A stretch of DNA of 64,000 nucleotides from an uncultured delta proteobacterium (GTDB lineage Bacteria; Myxococcota; Kuafuiibacteriia; Kuafuiibacteriales; Kuafuiibacteriaceae). The DNA is taken from positions 1 through 64,000 of the forward strand of contig CAWDML010000001.1 in assembly GCA_963803435.1 (NCBI GenBank). Direction: 5' to 3'. Position 1 is the first letter of the stretch; each line of letters starts with the position of its first letter. Below, piece after piece: positions 8,150 to 17,763 of this stretch. The position numbers were made by a program, and so were the translations under genes. The notes beneath the pieces were generated by a model. That model saw nothing but the letters and a program-made list of their open reading frames with translations, did no database searches and was not told the origin of the DNA.

Positions 8150-10122
8150 CGCTCCACCCCGAACTCCCCGGGGTCCGCCAGGGGCGGGACGCGGATCCGC
8201 TCGGGCTCCAGGAAGAGCGCGCTCGAGGTGGCCAGGCCGACCAGGTGCGAGAACAGGAGGCCCGGCTCCACGCCGCCCCGGCGGCGAAACTCCTCGACGA
8301 ACCTGCGCACCCCCTCCGCGCTCAGGACCTGGGACGGAAACGCGTCGGCGCGCGTCCACCCGAGCACGATCTCGGCCAGCCGAGGATCCTCGCGCATCAT
8401 CTTGGCGTTGTCCCGGAACTCCCAGCGCGGCGGCTTGTTCCGCTCGGAAGGCAGCATCGAGACCAGGCGCGCGCGCGCGAAGTTGAAGGCCTCGCGCGCG
8501 AACTCGTACACCGGAGAGGTCGTGATCAGCCCCTCGGTATAGGCCCAGGGCACGTGGGCCGCTTCGGGGAACTCGTCCACCAGCATCCGCTTGTAGACGC
8601 GCTGCTGGAAGCGCCACTTCGCCGGAATGGAGGCCAGGTGATCCGCGAGCTCGTAGTCGATGAACGGCGTGCGGCAACCGCAGAAGTACCGCTCCATCGT
8701 GAAGCTCTGGAACGCCCCGCGGCGCTGGCGGTTCTCCAGATCCCACACGCTCGCCACCGCCGTGGGCTGGTCGGCGTCGATCTCCCGGAACGTCTCCGCG
8801 AAGCGGTCGTACAGCTCCCCCTCGAACCTTTTGTAGAAGGTTTGGTTCGCGACCCGCTCCACCAGCGCACGATCCTGGAAGCAGAACGCCGCGAAGTGCC
8901 GATCGACGATCTGACGGCGCGGAGGATCCAGCATCAGGTAGGGCGCCACGTGGCTCCCGGTGAGCGCGTCGCCGGCCGCCCCGTTGAGCATGAACCGCAT
9001 GTGCTTACGGTAGAGCGGGTGCCAGATCATAGAGCTGAGGCCGTCGAAGATCGAGAGTCCCTCGGCTCGCCACACGACCCTCTCGAGCTGGGCCGAGTAG
9101 TAGTCGAGCGACACGTCCCGGCCCAGATGCTCCCGGTACACCGGCTCGCACGCCTTCACGAAGCCCGGACCGAGCCCCTCGATGAAGTGGTGGGTCAGGC
9201 CGATCGTCTCCGCAAGCTGCCTTGCATAGCGGACGTCCGGCGTATCCTCCCCGCCGTACGTGATCGCATCGATCGGCAGGAATCGCTTCGGGATCGCCAG
9301 AGCGACCGCCCGACTGTCGAGCCCACCCGAAAGCGTGATGGCGATCGGATGGCGATCGGCGAGCTTCATCGAGCGCTCCGTCGCCTGGACGAGGAGCTCG
9401 CGGAACGCGGCCGCGTAGGCCCGCTCCGACATGCGCGGCCCGCCCTCCTCGAAGCGGAAGCGCCAGTAGCGCTGCGCGTGCACCCCTCGCCGGTCCAGCC
9501 GCACCACGGTCCCCGGCTCGATCAGCTCGATCCCCTCCACCCAGGTGTATCGTCCCACCTGGGCCGCGGACACCAGGAGCTGGAGCAGCCCGATCCCGCC
9601 CGCCTCCGAGCGGCGCTTGCGCCCCGCGATCACGCCCTTCAGCTCGTTGGCGAACACGAAGCGACGCCCGTCGTGCGCACAGAACAGGAGCCGCGAGCCG
9701 ATCCGATCGGTGATCACGAACGTCGCGTCGAGGTGCCCGTCGTGGAGCACCAGGTTCCAGGCGCCGTTGATCCGCTGGTGGAAGCGGTCGCCGAACGTCA
9801 GATACGCGGCCAGCGCCAGCTGGGCGTCATCCTTCCCCGCGGCCGCGACCCCGGCCCGCGCCAGATCCCGCTCGAGCGACGCCCGATCGAGGATCTCACC
9901 GTCGAGGAGCAGCCAGATCCGATGCTCAGGATCCCAGGCTGGCTGCGCCTCGTCGTCCTCGATCCCCGGGAGCACGTTGCCGGCGGCGACGCCCTCCCCC
10001 ACCACGTGCGGCCGCGAGAAGCGGAACGACGGGTAGTCGACCGCGTCGAGCATCCGCGAGAGCTCGCCCTCGAGCTCTCCCCGCGTCGCATCCGGGTCGA
10101 AGATTCCGACGAGATTCGGCAC
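8146..10122 (-). CDS. Asparagine synthetase-like amidotransferase lacking the N-terminal catalytic Cys
   Basis: MPNLVGIF instead of MCG.AG; LDGEI, INGAWN, DRIGSRLLF, FANELKG, LSGGLDSR, RTPFID. Confidence 0.8.
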   Translation of the reverse strand: MPNLVGIFDPDATRGELEGELSRMLDAVDYPSFRFSRPHVVGEGVAAGNVLPGIEDDEAQPAWDPEHRIWLLLDGEILDRASLERDLARAGVAAAGKDDAQLALAAYLTFGDRFHQRINGAWNLVLHDGHLDATFVITDRIGSRLLFCAHDGRRFVFANELKGVIAGRKRRSEAGGIGLLQLLVSAAQVGRYTWVEGIELIEPGTVVRLDRRGVHAQRYWRFRFEEGGPRMSERAYAAAFRELLVQATERSMKLADRHPIAITLSGGLDSRAVALAIPKRFLPIDAITYGGEDTPDVRYARQLAETIGLTHHFIEGLGPGFVKACEPVYREHLGRDVSLDYYSAQLERVVWRAEGLSIFDGLSSMIWHPLYRKHMRFMLNGAAGDALTGSHVAPYLMLDPPRRQIVDRHFAAFCFQDRALVERVANQTFYKRFEGELYDRFAETFREIDADQPTAVASVWDLENRQRRGAFQSFTMERYFCGCRTPFIDYELADHLASIPAKWRFQQRVYKRMLVDEFPEAAHVPWAYTEGLITTSPVYEFAREAFNFARARLVSMLPSERNKPPRWEFRDNAKMMREDPRLAEIVLGWTRADAFPSQVLSAEGVRRFVEEFRRRGGVEPGLLFSHLVGLATSSALFLEPERIRVPPLADPGEFGVER

Positions 10123-10131
10123 GCCCTCACC

Positions 10132-11964
10132 TCACACGAAGTGCTTCTGCCACCACGCCTCGAGGAACAGGACCAGCCACGCGGTCGCGCTCATGTTCTC
10201 GCGCCCTTGCCGCTGCATCCTCTCCTCGAACACGTCCTCGCGAATGGGCGCGTAGAGGCCCCCCTTCGGGTGCTTGGACCGGAGCCGCTCGAAGATCCCG
10301 GCCAGGCCGCGATCCCCCTCCAGCCAGTGCTCCAGCGGAACGCCGAAGCCCATCTTCGGCCGCTCGAACAGCGCGCGCGGCACGCGCCGGGCCAGATGCT
10401 CCTTGAGCGCGACCTTGCCCTCGCCATGGCCGAAGCCCTGGCGCGGCGGCAGCGTGGCCGCCCACTCGACGAACACGTGATCGAGGAGCGGCACCCGCAC
10501 CTCGAGCGAGCAGGCCATGCTCGCGCGATCGACCTTGGTGAGAATGTCGTTCGGCAGGTAGCTCATCAGGTCGACCCACTGCGCCTTCTGCACCGGCATC
10601 TCGCAGGGCGCGCGCTCGAAGAGACCGGCCACCGACCACTCGACGTCGACGTGGTACGCGTCCTCGAGCAGCGCCTCGGCGCCGCGCCGGCCGTTCGAGA
10701 CCTCGAGCTCGTACTGGTAGGGGAGCGTCTGCGCCAGCCGCTCGATCCGACCGCGCCCGCGCAGGCCCGCCGGCATGCGGTCGAAGGCCATCCCCGCCAC
10801 GGCCCGCAGCGAGGGCGGCAGCTCGCGATAGTCGAAGAGCTTCTGATACCGCCGGTACCCACCGAACAGCTCGTCGCCGCCGTCTCCGGAGAGCGCCACC
10901 GTCACGTGCTTCCGTGCCATCTGGCAGAGCACGTACGTCGGGATGGCCGAGGAGTCGGCGAAGGGTTCGTCGTAGATCTCGACCAGGGTGTCGAGCAGCC
11001 CCAGCGCGTCCGTCTCGACCGTCTCCACCAGGTGGTCGAGGCCGAGCGCCTCGGCGATCCGCTTCGAGTGCGCCGACTCGTCGTACTCGGGCGAGCCGAA
11101 CGCGATGCAGAAGGTCCGCGGCCGCTCACTGATCCGCGGGTTCTTGGCGATCGACGCGGCCACCACCGACGAGTCGATCCCCCCCGAGAGAAACGCCCCC
11201 AGCGGCACCTCGCTCATCAGCTCGATCTCGACGGTGTCGTCCACTTGCCGGTCGAGCTCGGCCGCCGCGTTCTTCGGATCGCTCGATCCGATCTCCGGCG
11301 GCTCCCAGTACCGCACCATCCGATCGCGATCCGCGGCCACCGTGAGGTGACATCCGGGCTCGAGCGCCCGCATGCCCTCGAACGCGGAGTACGGCGCCGG
11401 CACGTAGAGGTACTGCACGTAGAGGCGCACGCCCTCCGGGCTCGGCCGCTTCGGCATCTCGGGGTGCATCAACAGCGCCTTGGGCTCGGACGCGAACAGG
11501 AACAGCTCCTGAGTCAGCCGGTAGTAGAGCGGCTTCACCCCCAACCGATCGCGCGCCGCAAACATCTCGTTCTTCTTCTGATCGTAGAGGACGAACGCAA
11601 AGATCCCACGCAGGCGGTCGACGACCCGGGATCCCCAAGCCTCCCAGCCGTGGACGATCACCTCGGTATCGGAGTGCGTGCGAAACGTGTGGCCGAGGTG
11701 CTCGAGCTCGCGGCGGAGCGCGAGGTGGTTGTAGATCTCGCCGTTGTAGGTGACCCAGACGTCGCCGGTCTCGTTGGCGAGCGGCTGCGCGCCATCCGCG
11801 AGGCCGATGATCGAGAGCCGGCGGTGGCCGAGGCCGGCGCCGTGATGCAGATAGGTGCCGCGGCCGTCGGGACCGCGGTGCACCAGGCGATCCGTCATCG
11901 CGTCCAGAACCTTCGGATCGGGCGCGCCGTCCGCGCGATGAAAGATACCGGTGATGCCGCACAT
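10132..11964 (-). CDS. asnB: Asparagine synthase (glutamine-hydrolysing) family amidotransferase
   Basis: Start ATG 11964 MCGITG, HRGPD, HRRLSII, YNGEIYN, SDTEV, RDRLGVKPLYY, LSGGIDSS, SGDGGDELFGGY, KVDRASMA.SLEVRVP. Confidence 0.93.
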   Translation of the reverse strand: MCGITGIFHRADGAPDPKVLDAMTDRLVHRGPDGRGTYLHHGAGLGHRRLSIIGLADGAQPLANETGDVWVTYNGEIYNHLALRRELEHLGHTFRTHSDTEVIVHGWEAWGSRVVDRLRGIFAFVLYDQKKNEMFAARDRLGVKPLYYRLTQELFLFASEPKALLMHPEMPKRPSPEGVRLYVQYLYVPAPYSAFEGMRALEPGCHLTVAADRDRMVRYWEPPEIGSSDPKNAAAELDRQVDDTVEIELMSEVPLGAFLSGGIDSSVVAASIAKNPRISERPRTFCIAFGSPEYDESAHSKRIAEALGLDHLVETVETDALGLLDTLVEIYDEPFADSSAIPTYVLCQMARKHVTVALSGDGGDELFGGYRRYQKLFDYRELPPSLRAVAGMAFDRMPAGLRGRGRIERLAQTLPYQYELEVSNGRRGAEALLEDAYHVDVEWSVAGLFERAPCEMPVQKAQWVDLMSYLPNDILTKVDRASMACSLEVRVPLLDHVFVEWAATLPPRQGFGHGEGKVALKEHLARRVPRALFERPKMGFGVPLEHWLEGDRGLAGIFERLRSKHPKGGLYAPIREDVFEERMQRQGRENMSATAWLVLFLEAWWQKHFV

Positions 11965-12036
11965 AGACGGGCGGCGGAACCATAAGTCGCGCCGGATCCT
12001 TGGGCAACCCGCGGCCGCACCTGTTAGGGACGGGAG

Positions 12037-13119
12037 GTGTTCTCCAAGCGTACCGGCTGGGAGCGCGCCCCGAACGCGCTCGCCATCGCCACTGCCGCCG
12101 AGCGAGATCCCGCGCTCCTCGACCTGACGATCTCCAACCCCACGGCGATCGGCATCGATCCCCCGCCGGAGCTCCTGGCGGCGCTCGCGGATCCGCGCGG
12201 CCGCACCTACGCGCCCGAGCCTTTCGGCCTCCCCTCCGCGCGGCGGGCCGTCGCGGAGTACTACCGGAGTCGGAACGTCCAGATCGATCCCGAGCGCGTC
12301 ATCCTCACCTCCACCACCAGCGAGGCCTACACGTTCCTGTTCCGGCTGCTCCTCGACCCGTTCGATCGCGTCGCCGCGCCCACGCCGAGCTATCCGCTGT
12401 TCTCGTTCCTCGCCGAGCTGGCCGACGTCGAGCGCGTCGCCTACCCGATCGATGCGCCCGCCGATGCGATCGCGGAGGCGGTCATCGTGGTCTCTTTGAA
12501 CAATCCGACCGGCACCTGCCTCACCCCGGACGCCCGCGCCCGGCTGATCGCACGCGGCCGTCCGGTGATCGCGGACGAGGTCTTCCTCGACTACCTGATC
12601 GATCCGACGCGCTTCTCGGAGCACACGTTCGCGAGCGAGCCGGGCACCCTGACGTTCACGCTGAGCGGCCTCTCCAAGGTCGCCGGTCTCCCGCAGCTCA
12701 AGCTCTCGTGGATCGTGGTGTCGGGTCCCGAGGCCCTGGCGACCGAGGCGCTGGCCCGCCTCGAGATCATCGCCGACACGTACCTCTCCGTCGCGACCCC
12801 CGTGCAGCTCGCGCTGCCGGCCTGCCTCGATCGTGCCGAGCCCTTCCAGCGCGCGCTCCGCGCCCGACTCGCCGAGAACCGCGCGTGCTTGCCGGCGAAC
12901 GCGCAGGTCGGTGAGGGCGGCTGGTATGCGATCCTTCCGCTGCACGATGCGAAGAGCGACGACGAGGCCTTCGCGCTCGCATTGCTCGCCGAAGAGAAGA
13001 TCAAGGTGCACCCGGGATACTTCTTCGACCTGGCTTCCCCTGCGATCGTCGTCAGCTTGCTCCTGGACCCGCGAACGTTCGCACCGGCGCTCGCGCGAAT
13101 CGCGACGCGGATCGGTTGA
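12037..13119 (+). CDS. PLP-dependent aminotransferase class I/II
   Basis: DLTISNPT, SLNNPTG, ADEVFLDY, LSGLSKVAGLPQLKLSW, VHPGYFFD. Confidence 0.9.
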   Translation: MFSKRTGWERAPNALAIATAAERDPALLDLTISNPTAIGIDPPPELLAALADPRGRTYAPEPFGLPSARRAVAEYYRSRNVQIDPERVILTSTTSEAYTFLFRLLLDPFDRVAAPTPSYPLFSFLAELADVERVAYPIDAPADAIAEAVIVVSLNNPTGTCLTPDARARLIARGRPVIADEVFLDYLIDPTRFSEHTFASEPGTLTFTLSGLSKVAGLPQLKLSWIVVSGPEALATEALARLEIIADTYLSVATPVQLALPACLDRAEPFQRALRARLAENRACLPANAQVGEGGWYAILPLHDAKSDDEAFALALLAEEKIKVHPGYFFDLASPAIVVSLLLDPRTFAPALARIATRIG

Positions 13120-13197
13120 ATGAGACCAATCCCTACATCGTCGGGCGATCTCGGGGCTTCGCATGTGAACGCGCCTGCCGCAAGATCGGTCGGCCCC

Positions 13198-14397
13198 ATG
13201 CGAAGGATCGCCCTGGCATCCTGTCTCGTGCTCGCTGCCTGTGATGCCTCGACCAAGTGCGACGGGCCCCGGCTCGCGCTCGCGCTCACGTTCTTCGGAC
13301 CGGAGCACGTCCATTCCCTGTTGATCACCTACCAGGGTGACGGCGTGGACGAGCGCGAGATCCAGAACATCACCGGCGCACCCAACCTCGAGATCACCGC
13401 TGCCGGCCCGCCGGTCGGTTCCAAGGTGCTCATCACCGTGCGCGCCTACGAGAGCGAGGAGATCCGCGGGCGCTTGCTCGGCGAAGGACACGTGGGCCCG
13501 ACGACCTTCGGCGCGTGCGACCGGATGCAACTCGAGTTGACGGACCGCTTCCTCCTGAACCCCGACGCCGGGCCGGCCAAGGACGCCGGCGGCGAGGACG
13601 CCCAGCCCGACACCGCCGACGCCGGTGAGCGGGAGGACGGAGGCCCGCCCGATGTCGACGACGCAGGCGTGATCGAGGATGGAGGCGACGAGCCGATCTG
13701 CGTGGGCGGCCTCGACCCGGCCACCGTCGCGCTCTTCGCCTTCGACAATGCCGAGGCCACCACCGGCATCGTCACCGACGTGGTCTCGGGGATCGTCGGG
13801 GTGGCGCAGCCGGCGCAGGGCGCGGTCGCCAGCACCGCCGGCCCCGCCGCTTGCGGCGACGCGGCCGCTTTCTTCGGCGCCGGCTATCTCGAGATCCCGA
13901 GCGAGGGCCTAGCGCCCGCGACCGGCTCGGTCGACTTCGACGTTCGCTTCGACGGACCGGATCCCACCGCGCGCCAGGGCATCGTCTCCCGCGACGCCCA
14001 GGGCCAGACGTCGGACGGCCAGCTGACGGTCTTCCGCACCTGCGACGAGCACCTGGTGGCGCGCTTCCAGGATCTCCAGAGCTCGATCTACCGCTGCTCG
14101 GACACCACGCTCCCGATCGGCACCTGGGTCCACGTCACGATCGACTTCGGCGATCCCGACTTCACGCTGGCGCTCGACGGCGTGACCGCCACCAGCACCG
14201 GCACCCGCCTCGCCAACGTGGACTGCACCACCGCGCTCGCCTGCGACCGACCCGGTATCTTCGATCTATCCGGCAACCAGAACCCGTGGGTCCTCGGCGC
14301 CGACAGCAGCGGCTCCGTCGACGGCGCAGCCGAGCCGACGGGCAACTACTTCGTCGGCGGCATCGATCAGTTCCGCATCAGCACCGACCGCCGCTGA
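13198..14397 (+). CDS. Lipoprotein with C-terminal LamG/concanavalin A-like domain
   Basis: MRRIALASCLVLAAC lipobox; DAG-rich linker; VALFAFD, GTWVHVT, LALDG, FVGGIDQFRIS. Confidence 0.75.
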   Translation: MRRIALASCLVLAACDASTKCDGPRLALALTFFGPEHVHSLLITYQGDGVDEREIQNITGAPNLEITAAGPPVGSKVLITVRAYESEEIRGRLLGEGHVGPTTFGACDRMQLELTDRFLLNPDAGPAKDAGGEDAQPDTADAGEREDGGPPDVDDAGVIEDGGDEPICVGGLDPATVALFAFDNAEATTGIVTDVVSGIVGVAQPAQGAVASTAGPAACGDAAAFFGAGYLEIPSEGLAPATGSVDFDVRFDGPDPTARQGIVSRDAQGQTSDGQLTVFRTCDEHLVARFQDLQSSIYRCSDTTLPIGTWVHVTIDFGDPDFTLALDGVTATSTGTRLANVDCTTALACDRPGIFDLSGNQNPWVLGADSSGSVDGAAEPTGNYFVGGIDQFRISTDRR

Positions 14398-14442
14398 GAA
14401 AACCCGTTGCCGAACCGGGGCGGCGTCCGTAGCGTCGGACCG

Positions 14443-15309
14443 ATGGACCCGACCCAGGAGCGCGAGCGCCTCGAGAAGCTGCTGGCGCGCCGCATCTCTC
14501 ACACCTCGAAGGCGTGGACGCTCCTCGCCCCCCACGACCGGATCATGGTCGCGCTCTCGGGCGGGAAGGACAGCTACACCATGCTCCAGGTGCTGCGCCT
14601 CCTGCAGCAGCGCGTGCCGTTCGAGATCGAGCTCTGCGCCGTCCACCTCGATCAGCGTCAGCCCGGCTACGACGGCCGCCCGCTGGTCGAGTGGCTCGAG
14701 AAGAGCGGCGTCCCGTTCGAGATCCTCTCCGAGGACACGTACTCCGTCGTGATCGATCACCTCGACGACGCCCAGACCTATTGCTCGCTGTGCTCCCGCC
14801 TCCGCCGCGGAATCCTCTACACCGCCGCGGAGCGGCTCGGCTGCAACAAGATTGCGCTCGGCCATCATCGCGACGACTCGATCGAGACCTTCCTGATGAA
14901 CCTCCTCTACTCCGGCAAGCTCCAGGCGATGCCGGCGAAGTACACCACCGACGACGGACGGTTCGAGGTGATCCGCCCGCTGATCGACTGCGCGGAGAAA
15001 GACATCGCGCGGTACGCCGAGCTCTGCCGCTTCCCCATCCTTCCCTGCAACCTCTGCGGCTCGCAGTCTGGGCTCAAGCGCGACGAGATGACGCGCTTGA
15101 TCGACCAGCTCGAGCGCGACCACCCCAACGTTCGGGCGGTGATGTGGAACGCGCTCTCCAACGTCCGCCCCTCGCACCTGCTCGATCCCGAGGTCCGGCA
15201 GGCCTGGGTCGAGCGCGATCCCGCGATCCGACCTCCCCGGGAGTCGCGTCCGCGCGAGGAGCACGCGGCGGCGCTCCCCGCGATCTCACGGCTACGCGTC
15301 CTTCAGTGA
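14443..15309 (+). CDS. ttcA: tRNA 2-thiocytidine(32) synthetase
   Basis: SGGKDS PP-loop, CSLCSRLRRG, LGHHRDD, IRPL, PCNLCGSQ. Confidence 0.95.
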   Translation: MDPTQERERLEKLLARRISHTSKAWTLLAPHDRIMVALSGGKDSYTMLQVLRLLQQRVPFEIELCAVHLDQRQPGYDGRPLVEWLEKSGVPFEILSEDTYSVVIDHLDDAQTYCSLCSRLRRGILYTAAERLGCNKIALGHHRDDSIETFLMNLLYSGKLQAMPAKYTTDDGRFEVIRPLIDCAEKDIARYAELCRFPILPCNLCGSQSGLKRDEMTRLIDQLERDHPNVRAVMWNALSNVRPSHLLDPEVRQAWVERDPAIRPPRESRPREEHAAALPAISRLRVLQ

Positions 15310-16068
15310 CAGCATCACCGGGACGTGATCGCTCGGATCGAGCGCGCTCCGCACCTCCCGATCGATCGCCACGGACTGCGCTCTCGCCACCACCGATGCG
15401 CTGGCGAGGATATGATCGATCCGGAGGCCCCGGTTCTTCTGATATGCGCCGGCTCGATAGTCCCACCAGGTGAACTGGCGCGGCCCCGGGTGCAGGTGCT
15501 GCAGCGTGTCCGTGAGCCCGAAGGCTAGCAGCCGGCGAAAGCGACCTCGCTCGTCCTCGGTGCAGAAGAGCGTGTTCTTGAACCGCTCGGGGTCCCAGAC
15601 GTCGTCGTCGGTGGGCGCGATGTTGAAGTCGCCCGCCAGCACCACCGGCTGATTCGGCGAAACCGTCTCCTCGAGGAACGCCTGCAAGCGGTCGAGCCAC
15701 TCGAGCTTGAAGCGGAACGACGGCGATCCCACCTGACGGCCGTTCGGCACGTAGACACAGATGAGACGGATTCCCCGGACCGTGGCCGCGATGAGCCGGC
15801 GCTCAGCCTCGTCGCCCTCGTCGCCGGGGAGCCCTCGCACCACGTCCTCGATCGACTCGCGGGCCGCAATCGCGACTCCGTTGTAGGTGGGCTGTCCGAA
15901 GAAGACGACGTCGTAGTCCAGATCCCCGAGCCCTTCCTCCGGGAACTCTTGGTCAGAGATCTTGGTCTCTTGCATCAAGAGGACGTCCGGCTCATGGACC
16001 TCGGCCCAGTCGAGCACGCCGTTTTCGCGCGCTCGAATCGAGTTCACGTTCCATGTCGCGATCTTCAC
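15292..16068 (-). CDS. xth: Exodeoxyribonuclease III
   Basis: ATWNVNSIR, QETK, YNGVA, YVPNG, GDFNIAP, TWWDYR, GLRIDH, SDHVP. Confidence 0.95.
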   Translation of the reverse strand: MKIATWNVNSIRARENGVLDWAEVHEPDVLLMQETKISDQEFPEEGLGDLDYDVVFFGQPTYNGVAIAARESIEDVVRGLPGDEGDEAERRLIAATVRGIRLICVYVPNGRQVGSPSFRFKLEWLDRLQAFLEETVSPNQPVVLAGDFNIAPTDDDVWDPERFKNTLFCTEDERGRFRRLLAFGLTDTLQHLHPGPRQFTWWDYRAGAYQKNRGLRIDHILASASVVARAQSVAIDREVRSALDPSDHVPVMLSLKDA

Positions 16069-16074
16069 CGCGGA

Positions 16075-16084
16075 ATACTACAAT
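16075..16084. promoter_or_regulatory. Overlapping divergent -10 boxes (TAGTAT for xth, TACAAT for def), leaderless-type
   Basis: ATACTACAAT: TAGTAT (minus, 16080-16075) lies 6 nt before xth GTG; TACAAT (plus, 16079-16084) lies 5/8 nt before def GTG/ATG. Confidence 0.55.
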
Positions 16085-16092
16085 CGAGAGTG

Positions 16093-16665
16093 ATGGCCAT
16101 TCGCAAGATCGCACAGATCGGACACCCGGTCCTTCGCGAGCCGGCCAGCGAGGTGCCCCTCGATCAGCTCGCCTTGCCCCACTTCCAGGATTTGATCGAC
16201 GACCTCATCGAGACGATGCGCGACGCCAACGGCGCCGGCCTCGCCGCCCCGCAGATCTACGAGCCGTGGCAGATCTGCGCGATCGAGGTGAACGACAACC
16301 CGCGCTATCCGTACAAGCCGAAGATCCCGCTCACGATCTTGGTGAATCCGAAGATCGAGCCGCTGACCCCCGAGACGTTCGACAACTATGAAGGCTGCCT
16401 CTCGGTTCCCAACATCCGGGGCCTGGTGCCGCGCTGCGCGAGGATCAGGATCACCGGCTACGATCGCGAGTCCACGCCGATCGATCAGGTCTTCCAGGGC
16501 TTCACGGCGGGCACGATGCAGCACGAGATCGATCACCTGCTCGGTCGCCTCTTCGTCGACAGTGTCACCGACCCGAAGACGCTCACCACCTGGAGCGAGT
16601 TCGAGCGATACCACAAGGACGCGTTCATGCGGACGGTCGAGGCCGTCAAGGCGCGCTGGCACTAG
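16093..16665 (+). CDS. def: Peptide deformylase
   Basis: GAGLAAPQI, EGCLSVP, QHEIDHL; TAG stop is part of the CTAG target duplication. Confidence 0.95.
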   Translation: MAIRKIAQIGHPVLREPASEVPLDQLALPHFQDLIDDLIETMRDANGAGLAAPQIYEPWQICAIEVNDNPRYPYKPKIPLTILVNPKIEPLTPETFDNYEGCLSVPNIRGLVPRCARIRITGYDRESTPIDQVFQGFTAGTMQHEIDHLLGRLFVDSVTDPKTLTTWSEFERYHKDAFMRTVEAVKARWH

Positions 16666-17265
16666 GAGCGTGTAGCGCGTAAGCGCTCACGCGACCCCGG
16701 TCCGGGTCCCGGTCCCGGTCCGGGTCCCGATCTGAAGATGGCTGCCTTGAGTCAGACGCTCGCGACGGTCGCGAGCTTCGATCGGTAGAGCTTGAGCAGG
16801 TTGTGGGTGAGGCAGACGAGCGTCCACTCGGCTCGTACCTTGAAGAAGGAGCGTAGCGAGAACCGGCGGAATCCTCGTGCCCCTTTGATCTGTCCGAGCG
16901 CCGGTTCGACGATACTCTTCCTGCGGGGGTAGACCGCCTTGCCGTCGCGCGTTTGCAACTTGTCTCGCATTCGCTTGCGAGCGAGCGAGGCAGGTGTGGG
17001 CTCCGAAGCTGATGAGGACGGAGTCGACGCGTCTTGGTTCTGTTCGCGTCCAACAGCGATGTGGGCATCGATCTGATTGTTGTCGCAGAATTCGATGTTG
17101 GTCGCCTCAGATAGCCGTTGTCTGCCGTCATCTTCCGCGGAGCATCGCCGCAGTTGCCGAACACATCACGGAGCATCGGGACGAGGTGTTGCTGATCGCC
17201 ATCGGGACCGGGACCGGGACCGGGACCCGGACCGGGCTCGCGGTAGCGCTACGCGCTACACGCTC
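16666..17265 (-). mobile_element. Non-autonomous deletion derivative of the IS1182-like element, copy 2 (600 bp)
   Basis: Same TIRs and hexamer arrays; CTAG at 16662-16665 and 17266-17269; left end joined to the 3' part of the transposase through GATCA microhomology; 1-bp deletion near 17105. Confidence 0.93.
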
Positions 17266-17763
17266 CTAGCCGCCGCTCAAGCACACGCCGTACGTACCGT
17301 ACGCGAGCGCGCAGCGCCCTCCGGCCGGGCACGCGACCTGGGCGCTGCAGCTGCGGACCGTGCGACCTGAGGTGGGCCGGCCGAGATTGTCGACGGCCGC
17401 GCCGCAGATCCCGAAAGGATGGGGACCGCCGGTAGGCCGCAGGCACACGCGCGGCGTCGGGCAGTCCGCGTCGATCCCGCACCTCTTGATCCGCACCTCG
17501 GTCGCCTGCGGCGCTTTGGGAGGCGGCGCCTCGGGCGTCCCGATGTTCCCCGCCGGCATCTCCTTGGGATCGTGGCTGCCGCCGGTGATCTGCGCGACCT
17601 GATCGAACTCGCGATCGTTCGGGATCACGATGAACGCCGTGTCGCCGCCCTCCGGGGCGTCGAGCTGCGGATCGCGGCTGTCCTCAGTCTCCAGCTGCCG
17701 CGCCTGGCCTGCGCAGCCGAGCACGAACGCCCACAGAACGAGAGGTCCGAACCGCACAATCAT
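17266..17763 (-). CDS. Cys-rich lipoprotein
   Basis: MIVRFGPLVLWAFVLGC lipobox; two C-x5-C-x5-C modules at C-terminus; ATGA overlap with upstream gene. Confidence 0.7.
   Translation of the reverse strand: MIVRFGPLVLWAFVLGCAGQARQLETEDSRDPQLDAPEGGDTAFIVIPNDREFDQVAQITGGSHDPKEMPAGNIGTPEAPPPKAPQATEVRIKRCGIDADCPTPRVCLRPTGGPHPFGICGAAVDNLGRPTSGRTVRSCSAQVACPAGGRCALAYGTYGVCLSGG

Noticed and set aside
8146-10122. Lasso peptide cyclase
   Set aside because: No precursor, B1/RRE or B2 protease nearby; the context is glycosyltransferases
8245-11985. 1246-aa plus-strand ORF and other long antisense ORFs (e.g. 54897-57461, 59232-61445)
   Set aside because: Shadow frames of well-supported opposite-strand genes in high-GC DNA; no motifs
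10132-13530. 1132-aa AsnB with long N-terminal extension
   Set aside because: The Ntn Cys must be N-terminal (MCG at 11964); the extension is antisense to the aminotransferase gene
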